A model generated the notes under the pieces. It was not told the DNA's origin. It saw nothing but the letters and a program-made list of their open reading frames with translations, and searched no databases. Made by a program: the position numbers and the translations under genes. A stretch of 64,000 nt of DNA from Candidatus Nanopelagicales bacterium (GTDB taxonomy: Bacteria; Actinomycetota; Actinomycetes; S36-B12), in contig WLWL01000002.1 of the NCBI GenBank assembly GCA_012103605.1, forward strand, positions 7,507 to 71,506, read 5' to 3'. This document shows positions 36,110-45,030 of this stretch, piece after piece. Within the stretch, counting starts at the first letter, position 1. Each line of letters begins with the position of its first letter.

Positions 36110-36177
36110 GTGGACGTTCCTACCCTTTCCTCGCTGATGGCAGTGCCCCCGATGATGTCCCTTCCTAGACTACGAGC

Positions 36178-37875
36178 ATGACCTCTCCCGTGCGTATGAA
36201 ACCCCGCAGCTTTCTGGTGACCGACGGACCCGACCGAGCACCGAACCGGGGAATGCTACGTGCTCTGGGCATGGACGACGACGACTTCACCAAGCCTCAG
36301 ATCGGAATCGCCAACAGCTATAACCGCATCACACCCTGCAATATGTCGTTGCGCGATGTTGCCGTGTCGGTTGCGCAAGGTGTCGAAGCCGGGGGTGGCT
36401 TCCCGATGGAGTTCGGGACGATCACGGTGTCGGACGTGATCTCGATGGGCCATGAGGGGATGCACTTCTCGCTTGTGAGTCGAGAGGTGATCGCAGATTC
36501 GGTAGAAACCGTCGTCCAGGCCGAACGTCTCGATGGGATGGTCACGCTGGCGGGATGCGATAAGTCCATTCCGGCCATGATGATGGCGGCCGGCCGACTC
36601 GATATCGCATCCGTGCTCTTATACGCGGGCTCGCTACTTCCCGGATACGTGCGTCTGACCGACGGCACCGAAGAGACCGTCAACATCGTGACAGCTTTCG
36701 AGGCTGTCGGTGCTCGCGCGCGCGGCTTGATGAACGATGAAGACGTCGATCGAATCGAGCGAGCGGTATGTCCGAGCGCGGGCACGTGCGGTGGCATGTA
36801 CACCGCCAACACGATGGCAAGTGCGGCCGAAGCGATGGGCCTGGCACTTCCTGGTTCATCCTCACCCCCCGCGGTCGATTCGCGACGGGACACCTTGGCG
36901 CGGCGCAGCGGTGAAGCGGTTATCGAGATGTTGCGACAAGACATCACGGCACGAGACATCATCACCAAGCAGTCCCTGGAGAACGCGATAGCCATCGTGA
37001 TGGCACTCGGTGGTTCGACGAATGCTGTCCTGCACCTTCCAGCGATCGCGCACGAAGTCGGGGTTGATTTGGGAATGGACGATTTCCACCGGATCGGAGC
37101 CCGCGTGCCGCACGTTGCGGATCTCAAGCCCTTCGGTGAGTACCTGATGTTCGACCTCGACAAGGTCGGGGGTGTTCCCGTTGTGCTGAAGGCTCTCTTG
37201 GAAGTGGGCTTGCTGCACGGTGATTGTCTGACGGTGACCGGCCGGACGATGGCCGAGAACCTCGCGGACATTGAGATCCCCGAACCTGACGGCACCGTCG
37301 TTCGACCGATCTCGTCACCGCTCGGGTCTACCGGGGGGATCACCATTCTCGGCGGCTCGCTGGCTCCCGAGGGTGCGGTCGTGAAGAACGCGGGTGTTCC
37401 CGTGGAGGTTTTTGAGGGGGTGGCGCGTGTGTTCGATCGTGAGCAGGCAGCCATGGATGCGCTCGAGGACGGCACCATCCAGGCTGGTGACGTTGTCGTC
37501 ATTCGATATGAAGGCCCCAAGGGTGGTCCGGGTATGCGCGAGATGTTGATGATCACTGGAGCTATCAAGGGTGCGGGCTTGGGTAAGGACGTGCTGTTGA
37601 TCACCGATGGGCGCTTCTCCGGTGGCACGACGGGTTTGTGTGTCGGTCACGTCTCCCCGGAGGCCGTCGACGGTGGCCCCATCGGGCTGCTGCGTGATGG
37701 TGACCGCATCATGATCGATATCCCCAACAGGACGCTCGATGTGCTCGTCGATCCGGCAGAGATGAGCGAACGCCACGCGTCGTTCGAACCGTTACCTCCG
37801 CGCTATAACCGAGGCGTGCTCGCGAAGTACGCCAAGTTGGTGGGTAGCGCCTCGAAGGGAGCCATCACGGGGTAA
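36178..37875 (+). CDS. ilvD: dihydroxy-acid dehydratase paralogue (divergent second copy)
   Basis: Retains the PCN, GCDKS and [10 protein letters not shown] Cys ligands and TDGRFSGG; TAGACT lies 6 nt upstream of the ATG. Confidence 0.9.
   Translation: MTSPVRMKPRSFLVTDGPDRAPNRGMLRALGMDDDDFTKPQIGIANSYNRITPCNMSLRDVAVSVAQGVEAGGGFPMEFGTITVSDVISMGHEGMHFSLVSREVIADSVETVVQAERLDGMVTLAGCDKSIPAMMMAAGRLDIASVLLYAGSLLPGYVRLTDGTEETVNIVTAFEAVGARARGLMNDEDVDRIERAVCPSAGTCGGMYTANTMASAAEAMGLALPGSSSPPAVDSRRDTLARRSGEAVIEMLRQDITARDIITKQSLENAIAIVMALGGSTNAVLHLPAIAHEVGVDLGMDDFHRIGARVPHVADLKPFGEYLMFDLDKVGGVPVVLKALLEVGLLHGDCLTVTGRTMAENLADIEIPEPDGTVVRPISSPLGSTGGITILGGSLAPEGAVVKNAGVPVEVFEGVARVFDREQAAMDALEDGTIQAGDVVVIRYEGPKGGPGMREMLMITGAIKGAGLGKDVLLITDGRFSGGTTGLCVGHVSPEAVDGGPIGLLRDGDRIMIDIPNRTLDVLVDPAEMSERHASFEPLPPRYNRGVLAKYAKLVGSASKGAITG
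37438..37761 (+). repeat. near-identical tract shared with 30272-30595
   Basis: Same alignment, offset 7166 nt. Confidence 0.85.
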
Positions 37876-37906
37876 GCACCGAGAGTGCTGACCGGCCGTT
37901 GAATCC

Positions 37907-38212
37907 TCAGGGTGCGGCGTCAACTATCGCGTCGATCCGCTCGGCGAGGGCAATATCGAGTCCGGTGACTCCATGTGCTGAATGTGTCGATAGGCGGAAG
38001 GTGAGGTTCCTCCATCGGATGTCGATATCCGGATGGTGGTCTATCTCCTCGGCTACATGGGCGATGGCGGTGACGTCGTCAATGCCGTGGAGGAAGGTCG
38101 AAGCCTCCACCTGGGCCACGAGGGCAGTGCCGTCGTAGCTCCAGCGGGGGTGCAGGCGGCAGAAGTCGTCGATGTGGTCATCGTCCAACAGGTCGGCAGA
38201 TGGTTCGGGCAC
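37907..38212 (-). CDS. pterin-4a-carbinolamine dehydratase
   Basis: AEEIDHHPDIDIRW, LSTHSAHGVT. Confidence 0.9.
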   Translation of the reverse strand: MPEPSADLLDDDHIDDFCRLHPRWSYDGTALVAQVEASTFLHGIDDVTAIAHVAEEIDHHPDIDIRWRNLTFRLSTHSAHGVTGLDIALAERIDAIVDAAP

Positions 38213-38327
38213 GAAACGAGCCTCCTCGACGGGCGGTTCCTCAGTTTGTACCCGAGCCTGCCGGATCGCCCTGGCGGCCGCACGTGTTCGGGCTGACCGG
38301 GCTGACCGGGCGCCAGGGGTTGACGGG

Positions 38328-38349
38328 TGTCAGAGGTGGGGGCTACGGT
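38328..38349 (+). promoter_or_regulatory. RecA-NDp/PafBC-type DNA-damage promoter
   Basis: TGTCAG-N10-TACGGT matches TGTC(A/G)G-N10-TA-N3-T. Confidence 0.75.
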
Positions 38350-38359
38350 CGTGTCTGGT

Positions 38360-38375
38360 TCGAACAGGTGTTCGA
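38360..38375. promoter_or_regulatory. LexA SOS box
   Basis: TCGAAC-AGGT-GTTCGA, a perfect actinobacterial consensus. Confidence 0.9.
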
Positions 38376-38553
38376 ATACCTGGTAGGTCGGTTTGCTCGA
38401 CACGAGGGTTATTCGGGCACATGCCTCATCGGACCAAGCACCTCGGATTCGCGGCCGAGGTGGGAGTTCTGTGGAACTCAACGAAACGGGCCCGTAGGCC
38501 GCTGAGGTTGCCTCGACCCCAGCCCCAGCGGCCGGGGTCCGTTTTGGAGCAGT

Positions 38554-38592
38554 GCACGTGGGTCGAGCACGTGGGTCGAGCACGTGGGTCGA
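38554..38592 (+). repeat. 3 x 13-bp perfect tandem repeat
   Basis: GCACGTGGGTCGA x3. Confidence 0.9.
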
Positions 38593-38628
38593 GAAAACCA
38601 GCACACGCATAGAGAAGGGATCTTCGCG

Positions 38629-39138
38629 ATGAACTCGACCCGCCCTGGGACCCGCCCTGGGACCCATTCTGGTGATGCGCTCCCCGCATCGAATCTCCGT
38701 GAGTTGACTATGACGCCGGTTGCCGCGGACGACTTGATCCACAGTGCTCAGCGCAGTTTGGCTCGTGCCGCGCTAGCGGGCACCCCGCACGAGCGATACG
38801 CCGCCGCACACCTTGCGGCCTTACGAGCTGCTGCCGCGGTTATCGCTGTTGTTGCCTCCCGGTCTTCTCAGGTGCGCGCCAACCGACCGGTGCGTCAGCA
38901 AGTGCGGAGCGCGTGGGTGGTGCTACGTGAGGTGTGTCCGCCGCTGTCGGAGTGGGCGGATTTCTTTGCCGCTGGCGCCCAGACCCGTGCCGCTGCCGAA
39001 GCCGGAATCCCGTGCGTCGGTGCGCGGGCAGCAGACGATCTCGTTCGCGATGCGCAGACGTTCCTGGCTCGAGTCTGTGACGTACTGGAGTTGGCCCATC
39101 AGCCAGCGCTCGATCTACGGCTGCGTGCCGTCGGTTAG
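38629..39138 (+). CDS. SAV_6107-family HEPN domain protein
   Basis: ERYAAAHLAALRAAAAV, SAWVVL, EWADFFAAGA, RAAAEAG, ADDLVRDA; AGAAGGGA SD. Confidence 0.85.
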   Translation: MNSTRPGTRPGTHSGDALPASNLRELTMTPVAADDLIHSAQRSLARAALAGTPHERYAAAHLAALRAAAAVIAVVASRSSQVRANRPVRQQVRSAWVVLREVCPPLSEWADFFAAGAQTRAAAEAGIPCVGARAADDLVRDAQTFLARVCDVLELAHQPALDLRLRAVG

Positions 39139-39140
39139 GC

Positions 39141-42100
39141 GTGGGAGTCGTTTCACCACCGTTCGCCCATTTGCACGTAGCTTCCAGCCACTCACTTCGG
39201 TATGGCGCCACCTTGCCGGAGTTACTCGTGCAACGCAGTGCCGAACTTGGTCAGTCAATCGTCGCTCTTACCGACCGAGACGGCTTGTACGCGGCGGTCC
39301 GGTGGGTACGTGAGTGTTCCCGGCTGGGCATACAACCGGTACTCGGAGTGGATATCGCGGTCGAGGCAACCCAGGTGGCGCGGGTGCATCCGGACGTGCA
39401 GGCACGGACACCGGCGCGCGGGGGTCGGTGGATTGATGAGACACGTCCGCGAGTCCTTTTGCTCGCGACGGGTTCGCGAGGGTGGGCATCACTATGTCGC
39501 CTTGTGAGCGCTGCACACATCGGCGATCACACCGCGCGCGGTGAACCGTGGGTGCCGTGGTCGGCGTTGCGCGAACACAGCGAGGGGATAGTCGTCATTC
39601 TCGGTGCGGACTCCGAGGTTGGTCGGTATCTCGCAGATGAGCGAGCGACTCTCGCTGAGGCGGCGACGCGGCCGTGGCGTGCGGTATTCGATCGGTATCT
39701 CGCTATCGGTGTCACGTCCCATCGGCAGCCGGGTTTTCCGCTGCGTCGTCGACATCGGTACTCAACAGCGACAGCAGCGCGCATGCTGGGATGGGCGCGC
39801 GAGCAACGGTTGCCTGCTGTTGTGACCAACGCGGTGCGATACGCCCATCCCGATCAAGCCGGTATCGCCGAGGTGCTAGACGCCTCTCGATTGCTTGTGC
39901 CGTTGAGTTCGCCACGGCTCGAGCGCCAGCAGGGAGCTCACGCGTACGTGAAATCAGGGCAAGAAATGGCGGAGATCGCAGCGGAGATCGCCCACGCGTC
40001 AGGGGGACAAGACGAGCGCGGCGGGCAACGCCTATTAGAAGACACGTGGCATCTCGCGCAGTACTGCGCACTCGACTCCGGGCGAGATCTGGGCCTGGGG
40101 GAGGTTTTCGTTCCCGAACTCGACGTGCTTCTGGGAAGGGAGATTCCCGACCCGGTTGCAGAGGCTGCGACTTTATTGCGCCACCGATGTGCCGCAGCGA
40201 TACCCGACCGCTACTCGAAAGACGAAAGAAGCCAAGCCGAGCATCGACTCGACGCCGAACTGAGAACCATCACGAGTCTCGGTTTCTCCGGGTATTTCCT
40301 CACCGTCGCCGAGGTGGTCGACATGGTTCGAGATAGAGGAATACGGGTGGCTGCGCGTGGCTCCGGCGCTGGAAGTCTCGTTACCCATCTCTTGGGGATC
40401 AGTGGCGTTGATCCCATTCGGCACGGATTGTTGATGGAGCGGTTCTTGTCACCGCTTCGGCGAGTGCTCCCGGATATCGATATCGACGTCGAATCAGCCC
40501 GACGATTGGAGGTCTACGACCTCATTCGCGATCGATTCGGTGACGGGCGGGTCGCAAGCGTCTCGATGATGGAGACCTATCGCGTGCGGCATGCCGTTCG
40601 AGATGTTGGTGCCGCACTCGGTATGGACGTGGGGGAAGTCGATGCATTCGCAAAGGCGTTTCCGCATGTTCGTGCTCGACAAGCCCGCAGTGCGCTGAGC
40701 GATCTTCCTGAGTTGCGAAACTCTCATATAGGACAACTCGCGAATGATGGACAGCTCGATCATTTCCTCGACCTCGTCGAAGGCCTCGATGGGTTACCCC
40801 GAGATATCGCCATGCACCCGTGTGGTGTGGTCCTCTCCGATGCCACGCTGCTCGATCGAACCCCCGTGGAGAGCAGTGCCGCGGGCTATCACATGAGTCA
40901 TTTCGATAAACACGATGTCGAGCACATGGGTCTACTCAAACTCGATGTTCTTGGGGTTCGAATGCAGTCGGCGATCGCGCACGCAATCACCGAGGCCGAG
41001 AACAACACGGGGGAGAGCATCGAACTCGATGATCGTCAGCTCGATGATCCGAAAACATTTGAGCTCATCCGATCGACCAAGACCTTGGGGTGCTTCCAAA
41101 TTGAGTCACCGGGTCAACGTGAACTTCTTGGCAAGTTCGCACCCGATCGTTTCTCTGATCTGATCATCGACATATCACTGTTTCGCCCAGGACCGGTCAA
41201 ATCAGACATGGTGACGCCATTCCTTATGGCTCGGCAGGGGTGGTGTGCTCCGGAGTACCCGCACTCCGATCTTGAATCGATATTGCATGAGACCTATGGA
41301 GTGGTGGTATTCCACGAACAAGTGCTGCGCATCATCGCAACGATGACGGGATGTTCTCTCGCTGAAGCCGATGAATGCCGACGCAGTATGGGGTCACCGG
41401 ACGGGCAAGACGATGTCCGGGCGTGGTTCTACCCGACCGCCATCAACCACGGTTACGACGTCCCGACTGTCGAGCGAGTGTGGGAGATTCTTCGGGCATT
41501 CGCGTCCTTCGGCTTCTGCAAGGCGCACGCAGCAGCCTTCGCGCTCCCCACGTATCAATCTGCATGGCTCAAGGCGCATTATCCAGCAGCCTTCTATTGC
41601 GGAATATTGACGCACGATCCGGGTATGTATCCCAAAAGGCTCTTACTCGACGACGCACGAGTGCATGGAATCCGAGTGCTAGGTATCGACGTCAATATTT
41701 CGGGTGACGCCTATCGAGTGGAGGGAGCGGACGCACAAGCTATTCGGGTTCCCCTGACCGAAGTAGCGGGTATTAGTGAGCATGAAGTCCAAAGGCTGAT
41801 CGATCGGCGCCCTTTCTCCTCGCTCTCCGACGCGATAGGGCGAGCAGAGTTGTCACGACCCGTGGCGGAAAACCTGGTGGTGACAGGGGCATTCGACGCA
41901 TTGCATCCCGCCCCCGTTACTCGACGGGATCTGTTGCTGCAGGTTGCCGATATCGACAGGCACACACGGTCGACGGGTATCGATACGCAGTTGTCATTCG
42001 ATCTCCTCGGATCAACAGCTGAATTCGTTCCGATTACGGGGCTACCGGAAATGAAAGCAAGTGACCGAGTTCGATCGGAGATGTCGGTCCTGGGTTTGGA

Positions 42101-42668
42101 CGTCAGCGCCCATGTGGTGGATTTCTACAAGGATCTATTGAGCGAGATGCGCGCCACTGCTGCCTGCGATCTACTGAAGCAAAGATCCGGTAGCGACGTA
42201 TGGGTCGCCGGTGTCAAAGTCGCAATTCAAAGTCCCCCCGTGCGTAGTGGGCGGCGAGTGATCTTCGTAACCCTTGATGACTCCACGGGCCCCATCGATG
42301 CGGCCTTCTTCGATGATGTTCAAGAGAACTACGCATCGACGTTGTTCAATTCCTGGTTGCTCATCATTCGTGGGCGCCTTCGGCGATCCGGGCCGCGAGG
42401 AGTGTCGATGCGCGCCACTGGTTGCTGGGATCTGGGGGATGTGCGGCGACTGTGGAAAGACGAAGGAATGGATGCTGTTCGCTCGTTACTGACCTATGAC
42501 CCTGCTTCAGAGCAGGCCCCAGATGTTCACGCAGGACCACGGAAGGTGCTGGTGCATGCAAGTGGTTTCCAGCAATCGCCTTACGCCGACATCACTCCCG
42601 CCGGAGCTTCCGTGAATCGTCCGCCGGGGAAGTTTTGGCATTCCAGTCCTGGTGTCTCCGGCTGGTAG
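39141..42668 (+). CDS. dnaE2: error-prone DNA polymerase III alpha (DnaE2-type)
   Basis: Degenerate PHP domain (HLHVASSHS, LTDRDG), RGSGAGS, catalytic PDIDID, GFCKAHA, OB fold; SOS-controlled. Confidence 0.9.
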   Translation: MGVVSPPFAHLHVASSHSLRYGATLPELLVQRSAELGQSIVALTDRDGLYAAVRWVRECSRLGIQPVLGVDIAVEATQVARVHPDVQARTPARGGRWIDETRPRVLLLATGSRGWASLCRLVSAAHIGDHTARGEPWVPWSALREHSEGIVVILGADSEVGRYLADERATLAEAATRPWRAVFDRYLAIGVTSHRQPGFPLRRRHRYSTATAARMLGWAREQRLPAVVTNAVRYAHPDQAGIAEVLDASRLLVPLSSPRLERQQGAHAYVKSGQEMAEIAAEIAHASGGQDERGGQRLLEDTWHLAQYCALDSGRDLGLGEVFVPELDVLLGREIPDPVAEAATLLRHRCAAAIPDRYSKDERSQAEHRLDAELRTITSLGFSGYFLTVAEVVDMVRDRGIRVAARGSGAGSLVTHLLGISGVDPIRHGLLMERFLSPLRRVLPDIDIDVESARRLEVYDLIRDRFGDGRVASVSMMETYRVRHAVRDVGAALGMDVGEVDAFAKAFPHVRARQARSALSDLPELRNSHIGQLANDGQLDHFLDLVEGLDGLPRDIAMHPCGVVLSDATLLDRTPVESSAAGYHMSHFDKHDVEHMGLLKLDVLGVRMQSAIAHAITEAENNTGESIELDDRQLDDPKTFELIRSTKTLGCFQIESPGQRELLGKFAPDRFSDLIIDISLFRPGPVKSDMVTPFLMARQGWCAPEYPHSDLESILHETYGVVVFHEQVLRIIATMTGCSLAEADECRRSMGSPDGQDDVRAWFYPTAINHGYDVPTVERVWEILRAFASFGFCKAHAAAFALPTYQSAWLKAHYPAAFYCGILTHDPGMYPKRLLLDDARVHGIRVLGIDVNISGDAYRVEGADAQAIRVPLTEVAGISEHEVQRLIDRRPFSSLSDAIGRAELSRPVAENLVVTGAFDALHPAPVTRRDLLLQVADIDRHTRSTGIDTQLSFDLLGSTAEFVPITGLPEMKASDRVRSEMSVLGLDVSAHVVDFYKDLLSEMRATAACDLLKQRSGSDVWVAGVKVAIQSPPVRSGRRVIFVTLDDSTGPIDAAFFDDVQENYASTLFNSWLLIIRGRLRRSGPRGVSMRATGCWDLGDVRRLWKDEGMDAVRSLLTYDPASEQAPDVHAGPRKVLVHASGFQQSPYADITPAGASVNRPPGKFWHSSPGVSGW

Positions 42669-42694
42669 AAGCGACAGGAAGGGATGATGCGGGT

Positions 42695-43912
42695 ATGAGC
42701 CGTAGCCAGGTTCGCCGGCCTCAAGGGTTGGGCAACTTCGGTGATGACGACACCGGAACGACGATCCTGCACGTGGATATGGATGCTTTCTACGCGTCCG
42801 TCGAATTACTTAATCATCCGGAACTTGCGGGTACGCCCGTCGTCGTGGGGGCCAGCACCGGAAATCGAGGAGTCGTTCTTTCCGCCACCTATGAGGCCCG
42901 AGCACTGGGAATTCACTCCGCGATGCCTATTTCTCGAGCACGACGTCTGGCACCGCAGGCAACATTTATCCCTCCGCACCACGATCAATACGCGCAGGCG
43001 TCGCGAGAAGTGATGGACATCTTCGGATCCATCACCCCGATCGTTGAGCCACTGTCTCTTGACGAAGCCTTTCTCGATGTCGCCGGGGCAATTCGTCGCC
43101 TGGGGCGACCCGTTGCCATCGCCACGCTCATTCGGAATCGAGTCCGTGACGAGGTCGGCATCACGTGCTCGGTCGGGGTGGCGTCAAGCAAGTTCGTCGC
43201 CAAGCTCGCCTCCACGCACAGCAAGCCGGACGGACTGCTCCTCATTCCGCATGCCAAGGTCATCGAATTCCTTCACCCACTCCCCGTCGGTGCCTTATGG
43301 GGCGTGGGAGAGCGAACCGAAGAGCAATTGGTGCGCCTCGGACTGGAAACCGTGGGCGACATCGCCGAGACACCCGTGGCCACCTTGGAGCGAGCCCTCG
43401 GCGCGGCACAGGGTCGTCATCTTCACGATCTCTCCTGGGGCACAGATCCTCGGGCCGTCATTCCCAATGAGCCGGAGAAAAGCATCGGGAACGAGGAGAC
43501 ATTCGATTCGGACACCGATGATCACGAGTGGGTTCGCTCGCGGATCGCCGGACTCTCCGACCAGGTAGCGCGTCGCCTGCGGGCTTCCCAATCGGTTGCT
43601 CGGACCGTAGGTCTGAAAGTGCGTTTCGCAGATTTCACCACCATCACCCGGTCTCGGACCCTCGATGTGTCCACTGATGTTGGTGCCGATATCTATGCCA
43701 CAGCCTGGTCACTGTTCGGCGCACTGGGTCTTCAGCGAGCGAGAATCCGACTGGTTGGGGTGCGAGTGGAGGGCCTGACGCCCACCGATGAGACCCCCAC
43801 TCAACTTGCCCTGGACACCCCCGACCGTGGTCATCGCGACGCCGAGGTAGCCATGGATCGACTGCGGCAGCGCTACGGCCCCGGAGCGGTTCGTCCAGGT
43901 CGGGTCCACTGA
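42695..43912 (+). CDS. dinB: DNA polymerase IV
   Basis: LHVDMDAFYASVE, YEAR, SLDEAFLD, KPDG, KSIGNEETF. Confidence 0.95.
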   Translation: MSRSQVRRPQGLGNFGDDDTGTTILHVDMDAFYASVELLNHPELAGTPVVVGASTGNRGVVLSATYEARALGIHSAMPISRARRLAPQATFIPPHHDQYAQASREVMDIFGSITPIVEPLSLDEAFLDVAGAIRRLGRPVAIATLIRNRVRDEVGITCSVGVASSKFVAKLASTHSKPDGLLLIPHAKVIEFLHPLPVGALWGVGERTEEQLVRLGLETVGDIAETPVATLERALGAAQGRHLHDLSWGTDPRAVIPNEPEKSIGNEETFDSDTDDHEWVRSRIAGLSDQVARRLRASQSVARTVGLKVRFADFTTITRSRTLDVSTDVGADIYATAWSLFGALGLQRARIRLVGVRVEGLTPTDETPTQLALDTPDRGHRDAEVAMDRLRQRYGPGAVRPGRVH

Positions 43913-44052
43913 TGGCCGTCTCTACCGGGGTGCGGGTTTCCCTCGAAGTCGATTGCCACTTATCCTGAGAGTGACGGCCAAGAAGCGTGGTCGGGGACCG
44001 TGGGGCACAATGACCCAAGACATGACCACGAGACGTCGAAAGGGGGCCCGCC

Positions 44053-44469
44053 ATGCCGCTGTCAGAGCATGAGCAACGTCTGCTTGAGCAGATGGAAAAA
44101 GCCCTCTACGCCGAAGACCCGAAGTTCGCGACGAGTCTGCAGTCTCGTGGCGGGGCCGCCAGTCGGTCCCGAGCAGCGCTGGGCGTTCTCGCGATTCTCG
44201 GTGGTCTCGGCATTGTGCTCGCCGGGATGGCCATTCCCCTCGCGATCCTCGGCGTGGTGGGCTTCGCGGTCATGCTGGCCGGGGCCGTACTCATTTACTT
44301 CGCCTTCACCCGGCGGTCATCGACCGCCGCCGAGGACGGCGACGCAGGCACCGACGACGCCTCCGCTGCGGCCCCGCCCGCCGCTGACGGCAAGCAAGGT
44401 GGACGCTCAACCGGTTTCATGGATCGGATGGAAGAGCGCTGGCGCAAGCGCGCCGACGGCGATCGCTGA
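44053..44469 (+). CDS. DUF3040 membrane protein
   Basis: MPLSEHEQRLLEQMEKALYAEDPKFA, two TM segments, FMDRMEERW. Confidence 0.9.
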   Translation: MPLSEHEQRLLEQMEKALYAEDPKFATSLQSRGGAASRSRAALGVLAILGGLGIVLAGMAIPLAILGVVGFAVMLAGAVLIYFAFTRRSSTAAEDGDAGTDDASAAAPPAADGKQGGRSTGFMDRMEERWRKRADGDR

Positions 44470-44481
44470 CATGATGGGGCG

Positions 44482-45009
44482 ATGAGCAACATCGTTCCCG
44501 CCCAACTCGGCCGCTTCTTCGAAGACTTCGAGGTCGGTACCACGTACCAGCACCCCTTCGGTCGGACCATCTCCGAAGCGGACTCCACGTGGTTCACCCT
44601 GCTGACCTGCAACACGAATCAGAACCACTTCAACGCCGATCTCGCCCAGAGCAACCCCATCACCGAAGGGCGGATCATCGTGAACTCGGGGCTTACCGTG
44701 GCCCTGGTTCTCGGCTTGTCGGTGATCGACATGAGTCAAAACGCCGTGGCCAACCTGGGTTGGACCGACATCAAGCTCACCCACCCTGTCTATATCGGGG
44801 ACACGATCTACGCCGAGAGCCTGTGCTTGGAGGCACGCGAGTCGTCGTCGCGACCTGAGATGGGCATCATCCGCATGAAGACTCGGGGTTTGAATCAGGA
44901 CGGAGACGAGGTTGTTTCGTGGTTCCGCTCCGTCATGGTTCCCAAGCGGGCCAGTGGCATCGGACAGGATTACTTCCCCGAAGCCACGAACGGCCCTTTG
45001 ACGGAGTAA
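44482..45009 (+). CDS. MaoC-family dehydratase
   Basis: GRFFEDFEVG, RTISEAD, NQNHFN, ANLGW, PVYIGDTIYAES. Confidence 0.88.
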   Translation: MSNIVPAQLGRFFEDFEVGTTYQHPFGRTISEADSTWFTLLTCNTNQNHFNADLAQSNPITEGRIIVNSGLTVALVLGLSVIDMSQNAVANLGWTDIKLTHPVYIGDTIYAESLCLEARESSSRPEMGIIRMKTRGLNQDGDEVVSWFRSVMVPKRASGIGQDYFPEATNGPLTE

Positions 45010-45030
45010 CGAGCCTGGATCATGGTGGCT

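Noticed and set aside
30710-36177. Apiose cassette as a transposon or integrated element
   Set aside because: No transposase, integrase, terminal inverted repeats or tRNA; only the ilvD homology flanks it.
36318-37628. Long antisense ORFs (also 29233-30312, 26825-28093, 17419-18582, 24557-25666)
   Set aside because: Shadow frames of well-supported genes, expected in high-GC DNA; no motifs.
38554-38592. 13-bp repeats as a CRISPR array or extra SOS boxes
   Set aside because: No spacers and no cas genes; TCGAGC-N5-GGTCGA has the wrong spacing and mismatches for LexA.
39900-42668. Apparently lower GC in dnaE2 as a sign of horizontal transfer
   Set aside because: Only a visual impression. Weak codon bias in a rarely expressed gene explains it, and there are no boundary features.
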